From the NCBI GenBank assembly GCA_965198175.1, contig OZ240245.1, positions 3,648,001-3,712,000 on the forward strand: a DNA stretch of 64,000 bases, in the 5' to 3' direction. The notes beneath the pieces are model-generated. The model made no database searches. It worked only from the letters and a program-made list of their open reading frames with translations, and was not told where the DNA came from. Position 1 is the first letter of the stretch. The number at the start of each line of letters is the position of its first letter. This stretch comes from Candidatus Poribacteria bacterium (lineage in GTDB: Bacteria; Poribacteria; WGA-4E; PCPOR2b). Below are positions 38,369-49,358 of this stretch, piece by piece. Both the position numbers and the translations under genes were made by a program.

Positions 38369-40198
38369 TCAACTATCAAGTCGCCTTTGATTCGTCGTTG
38401 TAATTCGATTCTTCGCCCGCTTGGCAGTCGCTTTCATAAGAACAAAGGAGATTAATAGAATGACTAGCAGCGCCCCGATAATTCCTTTTATGAGTGCATA
38501 GGTTTGCTGCTTCCTGACATAATTCAGGGTAGCTTGGGCTTCTTCATAATTGGTGTCCAAAGCTAGTGCAGCTTCAAGATGTGCTGTTGATTTCTTATAA
38601 TTCTGATTTTTGAGATAAACAATCCCCAAACTGTTATGTGCTTGGGGGTTTTTCGGATTCATTTCTAACAGTTTTTGATATGTCAGTATAGCGCCATCTA
38701 AATCTTCGACTAGGCTCTTTTGCCAGCCGACTTGCATCAAGGCTGCTTCCAGATTTTGGCTGGCATGCCAACTATCCGGGTGGTATTCCAACGCGCGTTC
38801 ATAGCACCGTGTTGCTCCCGTCCAATCCTCTTTGCGCGCGTGCTGTGCGCCCAAATTATTCAATGTTGTTGCAATTCCCACTTGGACTGCTTCGTTCTGG
38901 GAATCAATCTCCAAGGCACGTTCATATACGCCCAAAGCCTTTTGATATTCTCCTGCCGCATCGTAGGTAACAGCTAGATCATACAGCAGAATATCGGAGA
39001 ACGGAAACCGCATAAGCCCTTGATTGAAACATTTGATTGCTCGTGAAAGCTGATTTGCCTGAAGCAGTTTATACCCCCAACGGTGGTAAGTTGCTAGGAG
39101 ATTATTGTTCAGTTCGGAAGAATTGGGAGCAAGCCGTAACGCACGCTGAAAAAAGTTCACCGCCTGGCTAAACTGACCTTGAAGCAACGAAAGCGCACCC
39201 AAAGCCCCAAGCACTTCTGCAGTTGGCTTTGTGCTCAACGCCATTCTATAGTGTGTAATTGCCAAATCGTACATCCTCCTCGACTGGAAGATCTGAGCAA
39301 GTTCAACCGCTGAAAAATGGAACGATGGATTAATCTCCAGGGCTTTTTGAAAAGCATCAATTGCTGCGTGGTAATCACCGAGGTCCGCATGAACCATGCC
39401 CAGAGCGTAGTAGGTCTCGGCAGTGGATGGTGATGTTTTGATTTCTTCTTGAAGGGCACTAATAGCTTGGTCGTGAAAAGGGGTGTTCACAGGCGTTTTC
39501 CGCACCTTCATCCACGTCGCCACATCTCGCGCTGTCGGTTTTTGAGCAGTCGTAGCGAAATACATCACATCATTTGGATTCTCGCTGTGGCCCCATAATC
39601 CGATCGCGTGCCCAATCTCATGCAGCATCACAGCTTGAACCACTTCAGATGTGTGCAGTTCCAACGTCCTATCGCTCTGTAGAAAAATCTCGATTTCGAC
39701 ATGAAATCCATCCACGTTTCGAATTAACACCGCCTCTCCGACATTCTTATACATCCCGGCTCGACTTCGCCGATGCACCCACTTAAGTCGAATATCCGCC
39801 GTCGCAGCGGTTGGTGAAAATCGAAATTGTAGAAGTCCCTTGGTTGCCTCCTGCCATAGATTTAGAGATTGATTCAACGCTTGTTCGTAAACCCTTGCTA
39901 GATCCGCCTGAAGTGGAACAGCTTCCCTATAGACTAAAATTACTTCCCGGTCAAACCGTGTCAGACGCCCATTGGAAGCCATCGTGACCCGATCGAAATA
40001 GTCATCCGCACAAACAGCATTTCCAATGAGGATACACACAACTCCGCCAATTACACCGAAAATCCGGAAACGCTGAAATTCGTAAAAACGGTTTCCCATA
40101 GCTCTGGTTTTCGTGCGCCCCATCCTTTTAGCTTTTCGACTTTCTATCCCCCGGTTTCTTCTTTGTGTTGATCCCACTTCCCAACCGCTCCTATTCAT
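38369..40198 (-). CDS. Matrixin-like zinc metalloprotease with TPR repeats and a C-terminal TM (start approximate)
   Basis: HEIGHAIGLWGHS...DVMY metzincin motif followed by many TPRs. Confidence 0.88.
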   Translation of the reverse strand: MNRSGWEVGSTQRRNRGIESRKAKRMGRTKTRAMGNRFYEFQRFRIFGVIGGVVCILIGNAVCADDYFDRVTMASNGRLTRFDREVILVYREAVPLQADLARVYEQALNQSLNLWQEATKGLLQFRFSPTAATADIRLKWVHRRSRAGMYKNVGEAVLIRNVDGFHVEIEIFLQSDRTLELHTSEVVQAVMLHEIGHAIGLWGHSENPNDVMYFATTAQKPTARDVATWMKVRKTPVNTPFHDQAISALQEEIKTSPSTAETYYALGMVHADLGDYHAAIDAFQKALEINPSFHFSAVELAQIFQSRRMYDLAITHYRMALSTKPTAEVLGALGALSLLQGQFSQAVNFFQRALRLAPNSSELNNNLLATYHRWGYKLLQANQLSRAIKCFNQGLMRFPFSDILLYDLAVTYDAAGEYQKALGVYERALEIDSQNEAVQVGIATTLNNLGAQHARKEDWTGATRCYERALEYHPDSWHASQNLEAALMQVGWQKSLVEDLDGAILTYQKLLEMNPKNPQAHNSLGIVYLKNQNYKKSTAHLEAALALDTNYEEAQATLNYVRKQQTYALIKGIIGALLVILLISFVLMKATAKRAKNRITTTNQRRLDS

Positions 40199-40281
40199 TC
40201 GTTCTTCAACGACTATTGAAAAGCAATGGTATCACTATGATTTGTCCTTTGTCAATCATCTTTCACAAAGTTAGAAATGGC

Positions 40282-40310
40282 TTGACAGCGGATGGGCTCA
40301 TTGCTATAAT
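40282..40310 (+). promoter_or_regulatory. Consensus sigma70 promoter
   Basis: TTGACA-17 nt-TATAAT with extended -10 TG. Confidence 0.8.
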
Positions 40311-40452
40311 GGCAAATCTTGAAATGGGGGGTAGCAAGAATGCCGCAACACTCTGACAAATCTATTTTTCACTCTACTTCACATAACCCACTGGTACAGC
40401 GAGTTGCTGCGGCGGATGCGAGCCTATAACAAAAAAGGGTGAGGATAACGCT

Positions 40453-41412
40453 ATGAAAATTTTGATTTGCCTGTCTATGGTCGATAATTTTCGCCACCTA
40501 ATCCGTGATGCTGCGGGTGATAATACTGTTGTGTTTGCAAATTCGAGCGAGGATTTTCTTTTAGAAGGCACCGACGCGGAAGTCTTTTGCGGGAACTGCA
40601 GTGAAACGGAATTTCAACATCTGCCCAACGTGAAGTGGATGCAGTTTGCTACCGCGGGGATGGATGCCTTTTTGTATCCCGCACTCCGCAACAGCGATGT
40701 GATCGTCACTAACGGAGCGGGATTGTACGGACCAGAAGGTGCAGAACACGCTTTCGCACTACTGCTCAGTTTGACACGGGGAATTCATCACTGCGCCCGT
40801 AATCAGACCCATCCACCTGCTGACAGTCCTGCGATTCAATGCGGCAGAAGCTGTGGGATTGAAATTAACGGATGGACGCTTGGTGTCATTGGTGTGGGTG
40901 GATTCGGGATAAACATGGCAAGAATTGGCAAAGGCTTTAACATGCACGTCATCGCTGTAGATGCGTATCGCACTGATAAACCAGACACTGTCGATGAACT
41001 AGCACCAATGGACGGGCTGTCAGACCTGATGTGTAGAGCTGATGTGGTGATGACTGCGTGTCCGTTAACAGAGGGGACCTACCATCTGATTAATGCGGAA
41101 AACTTGGTGCTGATGAAACCAACGGCTTATTTAATCAATGTCACTCGCGGTGGAGTGATCGATGAATCAGCTCTCATTGAAGTCCTTAAAGCGGGAAAAA
41201 TTGCCGGCGCAGGGCTAGACGTTGTTGAAGTTGAGCCGCTAGCAGATGACAGCCCTCTTCGGGATATGGATCATGTAGTTATTACTCCTCATTGGGCTGG
41301 CGCTTCACAGCAGTCTCCACAGCGCTTCGTTACGTTCTTCTGCGAGAATTTGAAGCGGTACATAAATGGCAAACCGTTGAAAAACATCGTGGACAGACAG
41401 CTCGGCTTTTAG
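40453..41412 (+). CDS. D-2-hydroxyacid dehydrogenase
   Basis: Motifs GVGGFG, INVTRGG, GLDV.EVEP, ITPHWAG. Confidence 0.9.
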   Translation: MKILICLSMVDNFRHLIRDAAGDNTVVFANSSEDFLLEGTDAEVFCGNCSETEFQHLPNVKWMQFATAGMDAFLYPALRNSDVIVTNGAGLYGPEGAEHAFALLLSLTRGIHHCARNQTHPPADSPAIQCGRSCGIEINGWTLGVIGVGGFGINMARIGKGFNMHVIAVDAYRTDKPDTVDELAPMDGLSDLMCRADVVMTACPLTEGTYHLINAENLVLMKPTAYLINVTRGGVIDESALIEVLKAGKIAGAGLDVVEVEPLADDSPLRDMDHVVITPHWAGASQQSPQRFVTFFCENLKRYINGKPLKNIVDRQLGF

Positions 41413-41716
41413 GTATAGCCAGTAGGTTTCATCCAGTTTTTGCTTGCCCTCTAACGTTCATGCGGTAATTATCGTCACCTTCTTAGGAATCGGTTTATCT
41501 CAGGAATTCTTCCCACCATAGCCTGAAAACATCCACAGTTTCAGCAGTCCACGATTTGAGGTCGTCGCGAGGTACGAACTGGAGGAGAGCGCTATCGAAA
41601 CCTCACCTTGCTAAGAAGCTAACTACAAACCCAATATGTGAATCATTGGGTTTGAATTATGTGTGATGAATTTAGGAAATCTTCAAAAAAATGAAATTCG
41701 ATGAGGAGAAAATCAC

Positions 41717-42784
41717 GTGTCAGAGATGACAGTACAACCTCAGCGCGTAAAAGACTACTGTATACGCGCATTGGAAAAGGTCGGCATGGGATTCGACGAC
41801 GCTCGCATAGCTGCAGAGGTGCTTGTGACCGCAGACATGAGGGGAACCACAACGCACGGCACAATCGGATTAAAAGGGTATATCAGACAGATACGGGAAG
41901 GCGGGATGAACCCCAAAGCCGATGTCGAAATCATTCGCGAGGGACCAACTTGGGCAGTTGTAGATGGACAGGCTGGGTTGGGTGTCGTGACATCGTACAA
42001 GGCGACGAAGCTCGCGATCGCCAAGGCGAAAGCAAATGCCGTTGGCATGGTTTGGGTCAAAAACAGCAATCACTTCGCCGCGGCTGGATATTACGCTATG
42101 ATGTGCGCTGAAGCTGACATGGTTGGTTTGGCGATGACCAACGCGAACATCTCGCTCAGCGCACCTGGCTCAGCAGGGCGGGTCATCGGAAATAACCCGT
42201 TTGCCTATGGAGCGCCGGCAGGAAAAGCACCCCCGGTCAATCTGGATATTGCGATGGGCGTGGTCGCTGGCGGCAAGGTACACGCCGCCGCAAGAGAGGG
42301 CCGAAGTATTCCGTTGGGGTGGGCAATTGACGGTCAAGGGGTTCCTACAACTGACCCTAGGGAGTATGAGGAGAAAGGCGGTGCAACGGTTCCTTTGGCA
42401 GGACACAAGGGTTTTGGATTGGCACTGTTGATAGAAATACTGGCCGGCGTCATGACAGGCGGCGGTATACGGACGGAGGTGAAATCTTACGTCGAGCATC
42501 CCGAAAGTCCGAGCGATATAGGACACTTCTTCATGGCTATAGATACCGGTACCATTATGCCGATTGAGGAATTCAAAATCCGAATGGATAGCTTGATAAC
42601 CGGAGTTAGCTCGTCGCCCAAAGCACCGCGGGTGGATCGAATTTATCTTCCGGGTGAAATGGAATATGAACGGGAAGAAAAAGCAAAAAAAGAGGGGTTT
42701 GTTCTTGATGACGGCGCTTTGAACAGTCTCAAAGAGTTAGGGCAGGATTTGGGATTGGAAGACGAGAGATTCTGGCATTTGTAA
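41717..42784 (+). CDS. Type 2 malate/L-lactate dehydrogenase (Ldh_2) family oxidoreductase
   Basis: Motifs AD.RG..THG, NSNHF, GNNP, GHKGFGL, YLPGE. Confidence 0.9.
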   Translation: MSEMTVQPQRVKDYCIRALEKVGMGFDDARIAAEVLVTADMRGTTTHGTIGLKGYIRQIREGGMNPKADVEIIREGPTWAVVDGQAGLGVVTSYKATKLAIAKAKANAVGMVWVKNSNHFAAAGYYAMMCAEADMVGLAMTNANISLSAPGSAGRVIGNNPFAYGAPAGKAPPVNLDIAMGVVAGGKVHAAAREGRSIPLGWAIDGQGVPTTDPREYEEKGGATVPLAGHKGFGLALLIEILAGVMTGGGIRTEVKSYVEHPESPSDIGHFFMAIDTGTIMPIEEFKIRMDSLITGVSSSPKAPRVDRIYLPGEMEYEREEKAKKEGFVLDDGALNSLKELGQDLGLEDERFWHL

Positions 42785-42832
42785 GCAAGATGTTAGTTCA
42801 CATCGCATCGAAAACAAGAGGGGGTCTGTCTA

Positions 42833-43633
42833 ATGACTGTAAATCAAAGCGTGAGATTCACTTTGGATATTTTCGCCTTATGCGGCTTGGTGTTGATTTT
42901 TCTAGTCGCCATCCAATCTCCATTGTGGGCTGAAGCTCAGAAAGCAGATCTTGATGTCAAAGCTATCATCAAAGCGGTTGATGAACTCTATCGGAGTCAA
43001 ACTAGCCATGCGGACATTGAGATGCAGATCGTCACACCCCACTGGGAAAGAACATTGTCGCTCGCAATCTGGACAAAGGAGATGGATAAGACCTTCATCC
43101 TGATCAAGTCTCCGAAAAAAGAGAAGGGCGTTGCGACGTTACGAATCGGAAATGAAATGTGGAACTATCTGCCCAAGACTAACAAGGTGATGAAAGTGCC
43201 ACCATCAATGATGATGGGATCTTGGATGGGTTCTGATTTTACAAATGATGACCTCGTCAAAGAGTCATCAATGATTGAGGATTATACCTACGAACTGATC
43301 ACACCGGCGGATGCCCAACCCGACCATCTTTATATTCAGCTGCTGCCAAAGGAGGACTCACCGATTGTCTGGGGCAAACTTATCGTCGCTATCCGAGTGA
43401 GCGACCGGATTCCGGTTTGGCAGCATTTCCACGATGAAGCGGGGCGTCTGACGCGAGTTATGAATTTCAAAGAAATCAAATCGTTTGACGGAAAGACCAT
43501 ACCATCGGTGATGGAGATGATACCGCAGAACAAAGAAGGGCACAAAACCGTCGTACGCTTCGTGGATGCTGCGTTTGACAAGGGGATTGACAAAAAAATC
43601 TTCACACGCCGAAACCTGCAGAAGCGGAGATAG
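42833..43633 (+). CDS. Outer-membrane lipoprotein-sorting (LolA-like) protein
   Basis: Signal peptide; KG.ATL...MWNYLP...SWMGSDFTNDDL. Confidence 0.8.
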   Translation: MTVNQSVRFTLDIFALCGLVLIFLVAIQSPLWAEAQKADLDVKAIIKAVDELYRSQTSHADIEMQIVTPHWERTLSLAIWTKEMDKTFILIKSPKKEKGVATLRIGNEMWNYLPKTNKVMKVPPSMMMGSWMGSDFTNDDLVKESSMIEDYTYELITPADAQPDHLYIQLLPKEDSPIVWGKLIVAIRVSDRIPVWQHFHDEAGRLTRVMNFKEIKSFDGKTIPSVMEMIPQNKEGHKTVVRFVDAAFDKGIDKKIFTRRNLQKRR

Positions 43634-43663
43634 GTAGGGCATGAGTGAACTGGTACAGGCTTA

Positions 43664-44899
43664 ATGCTTCGATATACGCTTATGATGACACTTAAAATTG
43701 CATTCCGCAATATTTTCCGTCAAAAACGACGCACAATTCTAACCGCACTCGCAATGATAGTCGGATTTACACTCTCCTCTGTGTTCATTGGCTGGTCTGA
43801 CGGCGCGTATTCCGATATTATTGAGATGTTTACGCAGAACCGGATTGGGCATATTCAGGTGCATCGGGGTGGCTATCTCGAAAAACCGTCGCTCTATAAG
43901 ACGATGGATGACTACGAGACAATCGGGAAAACCATTGAGGGCGTAAAAGGGGTAGAGGCGTGGACGCCGCGAGTGTACTCGGCAGGACTCGGCTCGGTTG
44001 ATGAAAAAAGCACTACCGTACAAATCATCGGCATTGATGCGGCGCGTGAAGTTCAAGCGACCCGATTTGATAAGAAAATCATTGATGGAGAGGTAATCTC
44101 AGTGCAGCCAGCGCGCGAAGCGGTTTTAGGCAAGGGACTCGCGAAAAACCTTGCTGCGGCGGTCGGCGACGAAATCGTGATTGTCTCGCAGGGTGCCGAT
44201 GGCTCAATCGCTAACGAATTGTATGAGATTGTTGGCATTGCAGAAAGCGGCGACGACAGCACAGATCGGATGGCGTGTTATCTCCACATCGGAAACGCGC
44301 AGGAATTGCTTGTTCTTGAAGGACGCTCCCACGAAATTGTTGTGATTGTGTCAAACATCAATCGTGTACTCAAAATCACGAAGGCAATCGAAGCCAGTCT
44401 TGATGATTCAATGCTCGATGTTGCCCCTTGGCAGGAGGTCGCCAAATCCTTTTTTCGGGCGATGCAGGCGGACAAGAAGGGTGATGCTATCGGGCGGATT
44501 ATCATCATGCTCATCGTCGCTATCGGTGTACTGAACACGGTCCTGATGTCGGTACTAGAGAGAACGAGCGAATATGGCGTATTGAAGGCGATCGGAACGA
44601 AACCGGTGCAAATCTTTGGGCTAGTGATTTGTGAAGTGCTCATCATCGCCCTCGGCAGCATAGTCGTCGGTGCTGTGCTCGGCGCTTCGATTAACCATCT
44701 GCTATCGATATATGGTATCACCATGCCACAGGAATTTACTTACGGCGGTATCAAATTTCAGACGATGTACGCCGAGGTCAACGCACGAAGTCTCATTATT
44801 CCCGCGATTACCGTCATTCTATCGGCAGGGATAGTCAGTATATTTCCTGCGCTGAAGGCGGCACGAATTCTGCCGGCTAGAGCGATGCGAACGCATTGA
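43664..44899 (+). CDS. ABC transporter permease (MacB/LolE-like)
   Basis: Motifs AFRNIFR..RRT and SVLERT.E.GVLKAIG. Confidence 0.88.
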   Translation: MLRYTLMMTLKIAFRNIFRQKRRTILTALAMIVGFTLSSVFIGWSDGAYSDIIEMFTQNRIGHIQVHRGGYLEKPSLYKTMDDYETIGKTIEGVKGVEAWTPRVYSAGLGSVDEKSTTVQIIGIDAAREVQATRFDKKIIDGEVISVQPAREAVLGKGLAKNLAAAVGDEIVIVSQGADGSIANELYEIVGIAESGDDSTDRMACYLHIGNAQELLVLEGRSHEIVVIVSNINRVLKITKAIEASLDDSMLDVAPWQEVAKSFFRAMQADKKGDAIGRIIIMLIVAIGVLNTVLMSVLERTSEYGVLKAIGTKPVQIFGLVICEVLIIALGSIVVGAVLGASINHLLSIYGITMPQEFTYGGIKFQTMYAEVNARSLIIPAITVILSAGIVSIFPALKAARILPARAMRTH

Positions 44900-44961
44900 G
44901 ACAAGCAATCAAGGAGCAGAACAGATAACCTTTCACACATCACATTTCACGGTTCAAAATC

Positions 44962-46191
44962 ATGTGGTTAATCCTCATCAAACTGGCTTGGAGAAATCTC
45001 TTTCGGAATAAACGGCGCACCATCATTGCTTCGATAGCGATTGGTATCGGTTTGGCTGTGCTGATCTTCGCTGATGCGCTGTGGGTTGGAATGGAGCAGA
45101 ACATGGTCAAAACCGCCACTGCTTCGTTTCTCGGCGATGGGCAGATTCATCGCGAAGGCTTCCGCGACACGCAAGCAGTTGAAATGACAATCAATCAACT
45201 CAACGAAGTGATTGATGCCCTCTCGCAAGAAGCGATTGTCGAACAGTTTACACCCCGAACGTTCGCTTTCGGGATGATTACCTCGCCGGCAAATGTCAGC
45301 GCAATTAACCTAGTGGGAGCCCAACCATCGACAGAGCGGTTCTTATCCCAGATCGATGACGCAATCATAGAGGGGGCATACTTTGAAGGTGATAACAATC
45401 GCGATATTGTGATTGGTGCGAAACTGGCAGAACTCCTTGAGATTACACTTGGCAATAGGATCGTCGTCACCGTCGCCCAGTCGGAGAGCGGCGATTTGTC
45501 CCAAGAGATGTTTCGGATTTCAGGGATCTATCATTTTGCCGACGAGGCGATGAACAGCAGCATGGCATTTGTGCGGTTGGAAAAAGCGCAAGAGATGCTT
45601 GCTATCGGTTCCGGTGTCCATGAGATTGCCATCAAATTTACCGACACAAAATACGGACAGAATAAAGACATTCCATTTTGGGAGCGGTATTCTCAACACG
45701 GCAACGAAGCGTTAAGTTGGACGGAGATCCTACCCCAATTGCAAGCCGTATTCGAGATGTCTAAGTATAGCAAGTACATCATGGGAGTTATCCTCTTTGG
45801 TGTTGTTGTGTTCGGAATTATCAATACGCTTTTTATGTCGCTGTATGAACGGATGTTCGAGTTTGGCGTATTACGCGCCGTTGGTACCCGTGCGTTTGGG
45901 ATGGCGCGACTGATCTTATTTGAAGCCGGGGCGTTAGCGACTGTGAGTATCGCCCTCGGCGCCATCCTCGGTTTTGGCTCGACGTGGATGTTCGCAAAGA
46001 TCGGAATTGATTACACCGGCATTGAAATGATGGGGGTGACGATGCAGGAGCTCATCTATCCCATCATGACGGTCAAACCGTTCATCTTATATCCGATCTG
46101 TGTTTTTATCTTTACCATTATCACCGGGCTATATCCCGCTCGATATGCAGCGAAGATAGCCCCAGCGACTGCGATGCGTAGAAGCTTTTAA
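44962..46191 (+). CDS. ABC transporter permease (MacB/LolE-like), second subunit
   Basis: Motifs AWRNLFRNKRRT and ERMFEFGVLRAVG. Confidence 0.88.
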   Translation: MWLILIKLAWRNLFRNKRRTIIASIAIGIGLAVLIFADALWVGMEQNMVKTATASFLGDGQIHREGFRDTQAVEMTINQLNEVIDALSQEAIVEQFTPRTFAFGMITSPANVSAINLVGAQPSTERFLSQIDDAIIEGAYFEGDNNRDIVIGAKLAELLEITLGNRIVVTVAQSESGDLSQEMFRISGIYHFADEAMNSSMAFVRLEKAQEMLAIGSGVHEIAIKFTDTKYGQNKDIPFWERYSQHGNEALSWTEILPQLQAVFEMSKYSKYIMGVILFGVVVFGIINTLFMSLYERMFEFGVLRAVGTRAFGMARLILFEAGALATVSIALGAILGFGSTWMFAKIGIDYTGIEMMGVTMQELIYPIMTVKPFILYPICVFIFTIITGLYPARYAAKIAPATAMRRSF

Positions 46192-46239
46192 GTCAGCAAG
46201 AGCGGTAGGAGGAAGGAACAAAAGGATCTGTTTTACGTT

Positions 46240-46953
46240 TTGCACAAGGAGTTAACTTTGGCGAATACTGATGTCATTGTCACAGAAAAGATTACGAAGG
46301 TGTATACGGGAAATGGTGTGCCCGTCGAAGCCCTTCGGGGAGTTGATTTGACGATTCAATCAGGAGAGTTTACGGCGTTGGTGGGACCGTCTGGGTCGGG
46401 GAAAACCACACTTCTCAACATCATTTCCGGGTTGGATGCACCGACAGATGGAAAGGTCTGGCTGTCGGGCAAGCTGCTGTCGGGTATGAGCGGCAATGAG
46501 CTGTCCGATTTTCGCCGAGACAACATCGGTTTCATCTTTCAGGCGTACAACCTCATTCCCGTGCTGAAAGTGGAAGAGAACGTGGAATACATTATGCTCT
46601 TGCAGCGTGTGTCCAAGGCGGAACGGCATAGACGCGTTGCCGCAATGCTTGAGGAGGTAGGGCTAGCAGGATTTGCGGACCGAAACCCACCGCAACTCTC
46701 AGGTGGGCAGCAACAGCGTGTCGCCATTGCACGGGCGATGGTCTCTGAACCTGCGATTATCCTCGCGGATGAGCCGACCGCGAACCTCGACTCGAGAACA
46801 GGTGCAGACCTGCTTGATATGATGAGTCACCTCAATGCACGTACAAACATGACCTTCGTATTTTCAACCCACGATCCAATGGTGATGGAGAGGGCGAGGC
46901 GTTTGATAACGCTGAAGGACGGACAAGTTGAGAGTGACGAGATTAAAGGGTAG
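46240..46953 (+). CDS. ABC transporter ATP-binding protein (LolD-like)
   Basis: Motifs [25 protein letters not shown]. Confidence 0.93.
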   Translation: MHKELTLANTDVIVTEKITKVYTGNGVPVEALRGVDLTIQSGEFTALVGPSGSGKTTLLNIISGLDAPTDGKVWLSGKLLSGMSGNELSDFRRDNIGFIFQAYNLIPVLKVEENVEYIMLLQRVSKAERHRRVAAMLEEVGLAGFADRNPPQLSGGQQQRVAIARAMVSEPAIILADEPTANLDSRTGADLLDMMSHLNARTNMTFVFSTHDPMVMERARRLITLKDGQVESDEIKG

Positions 46954-48184
46954 CGTGGGCATCACCTGCCAAAGGCATCTGTGGTGGATGATGATTCTGC
47001 TCCCAACCATCGCCTTAGCCAACGATGAGTTTCAAATCAGCGGGTATTACAAAAACTTTTCCACAGGTTTGGCTTCCCCCTTGCCAGACACACCAATTAT
47101 CGGTGCGGTGAACAATCGACTGCGACTGAATTGCACTTACGCGCCCTTTGATACGTTCTCGTTCGACCTCTCCTACGATTTCGCTCCGCGTATTCAAGAC
47201 CCCTCACTGTTTTCTGAACCGCCAATTGCAGCCTCCACGGATTCGCTCCGCTATCGCGTTGTGGATTTTGATTCCGCTATCTATCCGGGCACGAATGACC
47301 CGGTCGGTAGTTTCGGTCTCTTTCAGAATCTCGATCGTGCTTCCATTGCGTACGTTGCCGATTTTGGGGACATCACAATCGGTCGCCAAGCCATCGCATG
47401 GGGAAGTGCGCGGGTCGTAAACCCGACGGACGTTATCGCTCCCTACGCCTACAATCAACTGGACACGGAGGACCGAATCGGTGTGGATGCAATTAGAGTT
47501 CAGATCCCGATTGGTGTGTTGGGAGAGTTTGATACCGGCTATGTTTTCGGCGAGAATTTGAGGGTTGAAAAGAGTGCCTTCTTCCTCCGAAGCCAACTGA
47601 ATGCGATAGAAACGGACTTCTCAATTTCACTGTTAGGATTTCGTGAACACCTGATGACCGGTGTTGACATAGCGCGGGGAATCGGCGGTGCCGGGTTCTG
47701 GCTTGAAGCGGGCTACGTTTACGCCAATGCGTTCGATAGCGAAAACGCGGAAGCAGAAAACTATCTCCGCGCGTCAATAGGTCTGGACTACAGTTTCGGT
47801 GGGGTGGCTTACGGATTCATCGAATATCATTTCAGCGGCGCAGGGGCAGGGGCACCGGAGGATTATCTTGCCAATCTGACTCAGCCAGCGTACACCGATG
47901 GGGGAGTCTATCTCATGGGTAAGCACTACTTTGTTCCCGGGCTGACCTGCCAAATCACGCCGCTCATCTCGTTGAGTACCGTAATACTATCGAACACCTC
48001 CGATTCCTCGGTGTTCCCCTCTGTACAGATTGAATACAATTTCGCACAGGACATTTATCTCTCCGCTGGTGGATTAATCGGAATCGGCAAACGTCCTGAA
48101 ACTGAAGACGACGAAACACAATTCAGATCGGAATTTGGTGGATATTCTAGCTTTTATTTCCTTTCGTTTCGGATTTATTTCTGA
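46928..48184 (+). CDS. Putative outer-membrane beta-barrel protein
   Basis: Signal-like segment, GRQAIAWG motif, alternating aromatic strands, C-terminal RIYF. Confidence 0.7.
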   Translation: MRVTRLKGSVGITCQRHLWWMMILLPTIALANDEFQISGYYKNFSTGLASPLPDTPIIGAVNNRLRLNCTYAPFDTFSFDLSYDFAPRIQDPSLFSEPPIAASTDSLRYRVVDFDSAIYPGTNDPVGSFGLFQNLDRASIAYVADFGDITIGRQAIAWGSARVVNPTDVIAPYAYNQLDTEDRIGVDAIRVQIPIGVLGEFDTGYVFGENLRVEKSAFFLRSQLNAIETDFSISLLGFREHLMTGVDIARGIGGAGFWLEAGYVYANAFDSENAEAENYLRASIGLDYSFGGVAYGFIEYHFSGAGAGAPEDYLANLTQPAYTDGGVYLMGKHYFVPGLTCQITPLISLSTVILSNTSDSSVFPSVQIEYNFAQDIYLSAGGLIGIGKRPETEDDETQFRSEFGGYSSFYFLSFRIYF

Positions 48185-48374
48185 CGATGCGTTGATTGCA
48201 AATGGCTGACCCTCGAATAAATAACTCTGAGCCTTTAAGAATAGTTTTGTATTAGTCAAAGAGATGGTTTACTCATTGCGCTGCTACCGTGGATTGACAG
48301 GTTTTGTCAATGAGGACTTGGAAATCCAAACCGAGGGGTATTGAGTAGCGATTTCTATAGGCTAACCAGTTACA

Positions 48375-48482
48375 GAAACCGAGTTTTCAAGAAAAAACTC
48401 GGTTTCAAGAATCACATTCTGCTCCGCTGGAGCAGAAGGCTGGAAATTTTAGGCGGCTATAAACATGGCGCTCCGCTGGAGC
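48375..48482. repeat. Cluster of short palindromic REP-like units
   Basis: IR GAAACCGAGTTTT / AAAACTCGGTTTC (48375-406) and GCTCCGCTGGAGC twice (48421-33, 48470-82). Confidence 0.6.
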
Positions 48483-48546
48483 GTAAGAACAAAGCGTTTG
48501 CGGGTGTCTATATTCTACTTGACCATTACACTTTTTGAATATTTTC

Positions 48547-48575
48547 TTGCAAATAAAGATCTAATATGCTATACT
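48547..48575 (+). promoter_or_regulatory. Promoter of the pyr operon
   Basis: TTGCAA-17 nt-TATACT with extended -10 TG. Confidence 0.65.
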
Positions 48576-48614
48576 CACATTAATCTTTCATGTTGTCGAG
48601 GTCGAACAAACTCT

Positions 48615-48647
48615 CCTTTTAATCTGATCCGGCGAGGTTAGAAAAGG
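48615..48647 (+). promoter_or_regulatory. PyrR-binding RNA element
   Basis: CCTTTTAATCTGATCCGGCGAGGTTAGAAAAGG resembles the CUUUAA...ARUCCNGNGAGGYU PyrR stem-loop and lies upstream of pyrR. Confidence 0.85.
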
Positions 48648-48700
48648 GTGCAATACGCAACCTGCAACTATTATCATTGTTCATTTTCTATTGTCAGATA

Positions 48701-48728
48701 GCCTCCCTGTCTTGAGGGAGGTTTTTTT
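48701..48728 (+). terminator. Attenuator terminator of the pyr leader
   Basis: GCCTCCCT-6 nt-AGGGAGGT followed by a T-tract. Confidence 0.85.
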
Positions 48729-49358
48729 ATGCGACGGATTCCCCGATTGATTATGAATGCAAAAGCCGTGTTAGACTTGATTGAAGAGATAGGCGTTCTT
48801 AAGAATCTCCCCCGTACCGGTTGGCGGTTTAGCGGGATTAAAAACGCCGAGAGTGTGGCAGATCATTGCTATCGCGTATCTCTTCTGTCAATGCTCTTAG
48901 CTGATGTGTTGACAAAACAGAACGTCACGTTAAACGTTGAAAAGGTGATTCGAATTGCGCTGCTACATGATGTTGCCGAGGCAAGGATTGGTGATGTGCC
49001 ATTTCCAGCCCTAGAATATATACCTGAAGATATCAAAGAGGCCGGCGAAAAAGCCGCATTGCAGTCAATGTTTGAGGGTTTTGACACCCTTCTACAAAAT
49101 TACACTGACTTATGGGAAGAATTTGAAAAAGGCACATCGCTGGAAGGAAAATTAGTGCGAGCGGCAGATAAACTTGAACTGATGATTCAAGTGTTTGAAT
49201 ATGAAAAATTGGGCTATCGATCGCTCGACCAGTTTTGGACGAACACTTGGAACCATGAAGGATTTGATGATTTTGCACTGGTTCGCGAAATCATGGATTT
49301 ACTTGTCGAAAGAAGGGAAGAGGTGTTATCGAAATGCGCGAAAAAGCACAGGTTATGA
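48729..49358 (+). CDS. HD-domain hydrolase (YfbR/HDDC2-like 5'-deoxynucleotidase family)
   Basis: Motifs LK.LPRTGW, ESVADH, ALLHDVAEARIGD, ADKLE. Confidence 0.88.
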   Translation: MRRIPRLIMNAKAVLDLIEEIGVLKNLPRTGWRFSGIKNAESVADHCYRVSLLSMLLADVLTKQNVTLNVEKVIRIALLHDVAEARIGDVPFPALEYIPEDIKEAGEKAALQSMFEGFDTLLQNYTDLWEEFEKGTSLEGKLVRAADKLELMIQVFEYEKLGYRSLDQFWTNTWNHEGFDDFALVREIMDLLVERREEVLSKCAKKHRL

